Shown in pieces: positions 62,105-64,000 of a stretch of 64,000 nucleotides of DNA. The notes under the pieces were generated by a model. It ran no database searches. It saw nothing but the letters and a program-made list of their open reading frames with translations, and was not told the origin of the DNA. Source of the stretch: Eledone cirrhosa. Taxonomy: Eukaryota. The position numbers and the translations under genes are program-made. Each line of letters opens with the position of its first letter. Within the stretch, counting starts at the first letter, position 1. Location of the stretch: the NCBI GenBank assembly GCA_964016885.1, contig OZ024743.1, positions 88,350,001 through 88,414,000 of the forward strand, given 5' to 3'.

Positions 62105-62530
62105 CTTTCTTCTTCTTCTCTTCCCCCTCATCATCCTCCTCCTTCGCCCACTTATTCCTGAGAGGGTTATGCAGGAAGAGTCCTCCAAACACTCCTTCCA
62201 GTGGGTCCTGTCAGAAGCAACCGTTTTCAACTGATCTAGCTGAATCCCCAAGCGAGACCAGTCAAGTTCATGGATGTTATCCAACCATCTTGCTCGGGGT
62301 CTACCCTTGGGTCTCCTGCCATTTGGTTTTGCCCATAAGATCTATCCAGCAATTCTTTCCTGAGACATTCTAACCACATGCCTACAGTATCAGAGCTGTG
62401 ATCTCTCAATTCGGAGAAGTAGCAGCTCTACCTGGAGTGACTCTCTGATTACCGAGCAATGCACTCAATCGAGTAACGTTACTCCAAAGACCCTTCAGAG
62501 GAACCCCATTTTGACCACTTGTATTCACAG
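62105..62530 (-). mobile_element. RTE LINE 3' fragment inserted within piggyBac-type MITE sequence
   Basis: GRPRARWLDNIH..VASDRTHWKECL with a purine-rich tail. Flanks carry taacccttctgatacc (62026) and aagggataa (~62735). Confidence 0.7.
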
Positions 62531-63071
62531 TTTAGTCAGCATTTGGTAATCCGAAAGGAGGTAATTTTAGAACCTTCCATCATAATATTTTGAAAAAACG
62601 TTTTGTTAAATAATGTTTCAAATATCAGCTAACTAATGAAAAGGTCATTTTATTAAATTACTTGAAACTTTTGATTATTTTCCAAATTAATTAAAACATG
62701 TAGACAATGTATTTCATCAGAAATATGGTAATGAAGGGATAACTATTTATTTTCTGTCTCTTTCTCTTATGTATGTATCCTTTTGATACCAACTCAGACC
62801 AAAATCTGGCTCTGGTTCTAGGAATCAAAACCACCCATTTTAAAGAGTTCCTATAGAAATTAAAATTTCCCAACATAATTTTATATAACAATCATATGTT
62901 AAGTTACTATCTTAGTAATAAAAAATAATTTTACTAAATCCCTCAAAATTCTTCATTAATTGAAATTGAGTGTGTTTTATTAGAAATACAGTCACCAAAG
63001 GGTTACCCTTTTTTATATATATTGTGATCCCTAAGCCTCCCTCTTGTCTATGTCTACCACCACAGCAGACT

Positions 63072-63755
63072 TTCTTCTTCTTCGTCCACTTATTCTTGAG
63101 AGGGTCATGGAAGCAAAGTCCTCAGATATGCCTTCAGAGGGTCCTATCAAAAACATCCATCTCCAAATGATCCAGGTGGTTGTTATCCAACCATCTCGCT
63201 CGTGGTCTACCTCTGCGGCTCCTGACGGTTGTGGTTTTGTGCGTAAAATCTATCTGTCTAGCAATTCTTTCCTGAGACATTCTAGCCATATATGCATAGT
63301 ACTGGAGCTGTAATCTCTTGATGCGGAGAAGTAACGGCTCTACTTGAAGCAATTCTCTGATCTCTGAGCTACGCACTTTATTGAGTATCGTGACTCCTAA
63401 GACCCTTCGGAGGAACCCCATTTCAGCCATTTGGATTCTCGATCATATTCTTTTGGTCATTACTTAAGATTCATGACCATAGGTAAGGGTTGGCACAAAT
63501 TGAAAATAACAATTTTGGCTTTTACACCCACCTCCCTTCTTCTGATTCCTGAATGTTGAAGCTGGCGCATTACTGCACCAGCTCCTGCAATTCTTACACT
63601 TAATTCAGCCTCTTGCCCAGTGATTCTTTCCTTAGACATTGTAACCACATGTGCATAGTACTGGAGCTGTGATCTCTTGATGTGGAGAAGTGACTGCTCT
63701 CCCTGGAGTGACTCCCTGATATCCAAGCTACAAGCCCTATTGAGTAACGTTATAA
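63072..63755 (-). mobile_element. Rearranged RTE LINE 3' fragments
   Basis: AEMGFLRRVLGVTILNKVRSSEIRELLQVEPLL..GRPRARWLDN; the segment is partly duplicated at 63620-63755. Confidence 0.8.
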
Positions 63756-64000
63756 CAGACTTTCCATAACACAATCACTTACTTATCTTTTAAACCTAAC
63801 AAAAGAGAGAAAAAAAGGAGGGAGGAATCAATTAAGCCTGCTGTTTTTAGAGTTTCATAAAATTCCTTTATTGGCTGTCTCTTATCAATATGGTGTTATT
63901 TGTTGGAGGAGACAGAGTAGGAAGGGACAGAAGAGGAATTGTTCTATTATCAATGCCTTCATCACCAACACTACCACCTTCACCATTTCTGTGACCACTG

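Overview
AT-rich, repeat-dominated animal genomic DNA. The SINE, RTE and microsatellite content suggests a cephalopod such as Octopus, but that is inference. The main host gene is the 3' half of a KIDINS220/ARMS orthologue on +. Six GT-AG exons (9591-28688) splice in consistent phase and encode the KAP P-loop NTPase C-terminal part, a Pro-rich linker, a SAM-like domain and the tail. Mobile elements include a zinc-finger-containing RTE LINE, a 5'-inverted RTE, a decayed Penelope element (RT + GIY-YIG), a near-full-length CR1-group LINE, two tRNA-derived SINE superfamilies and TTAA-flanked piggyBac-type MITEs. About 21 kb is satellite: a 29-bp intronic array, and a 29/30-bp array abutting a related 47-bp array, with higher-order duplications. 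Near 55.2-55.9 kb is a candidate head-to-head (ETS+YY1) promoter with an unidentified first exon, set among many local inverted duplications. No prokaryote-type system (CRISPR etc.) is present. I cannot claim a demonstrably new system; the best leads are listed as findings.
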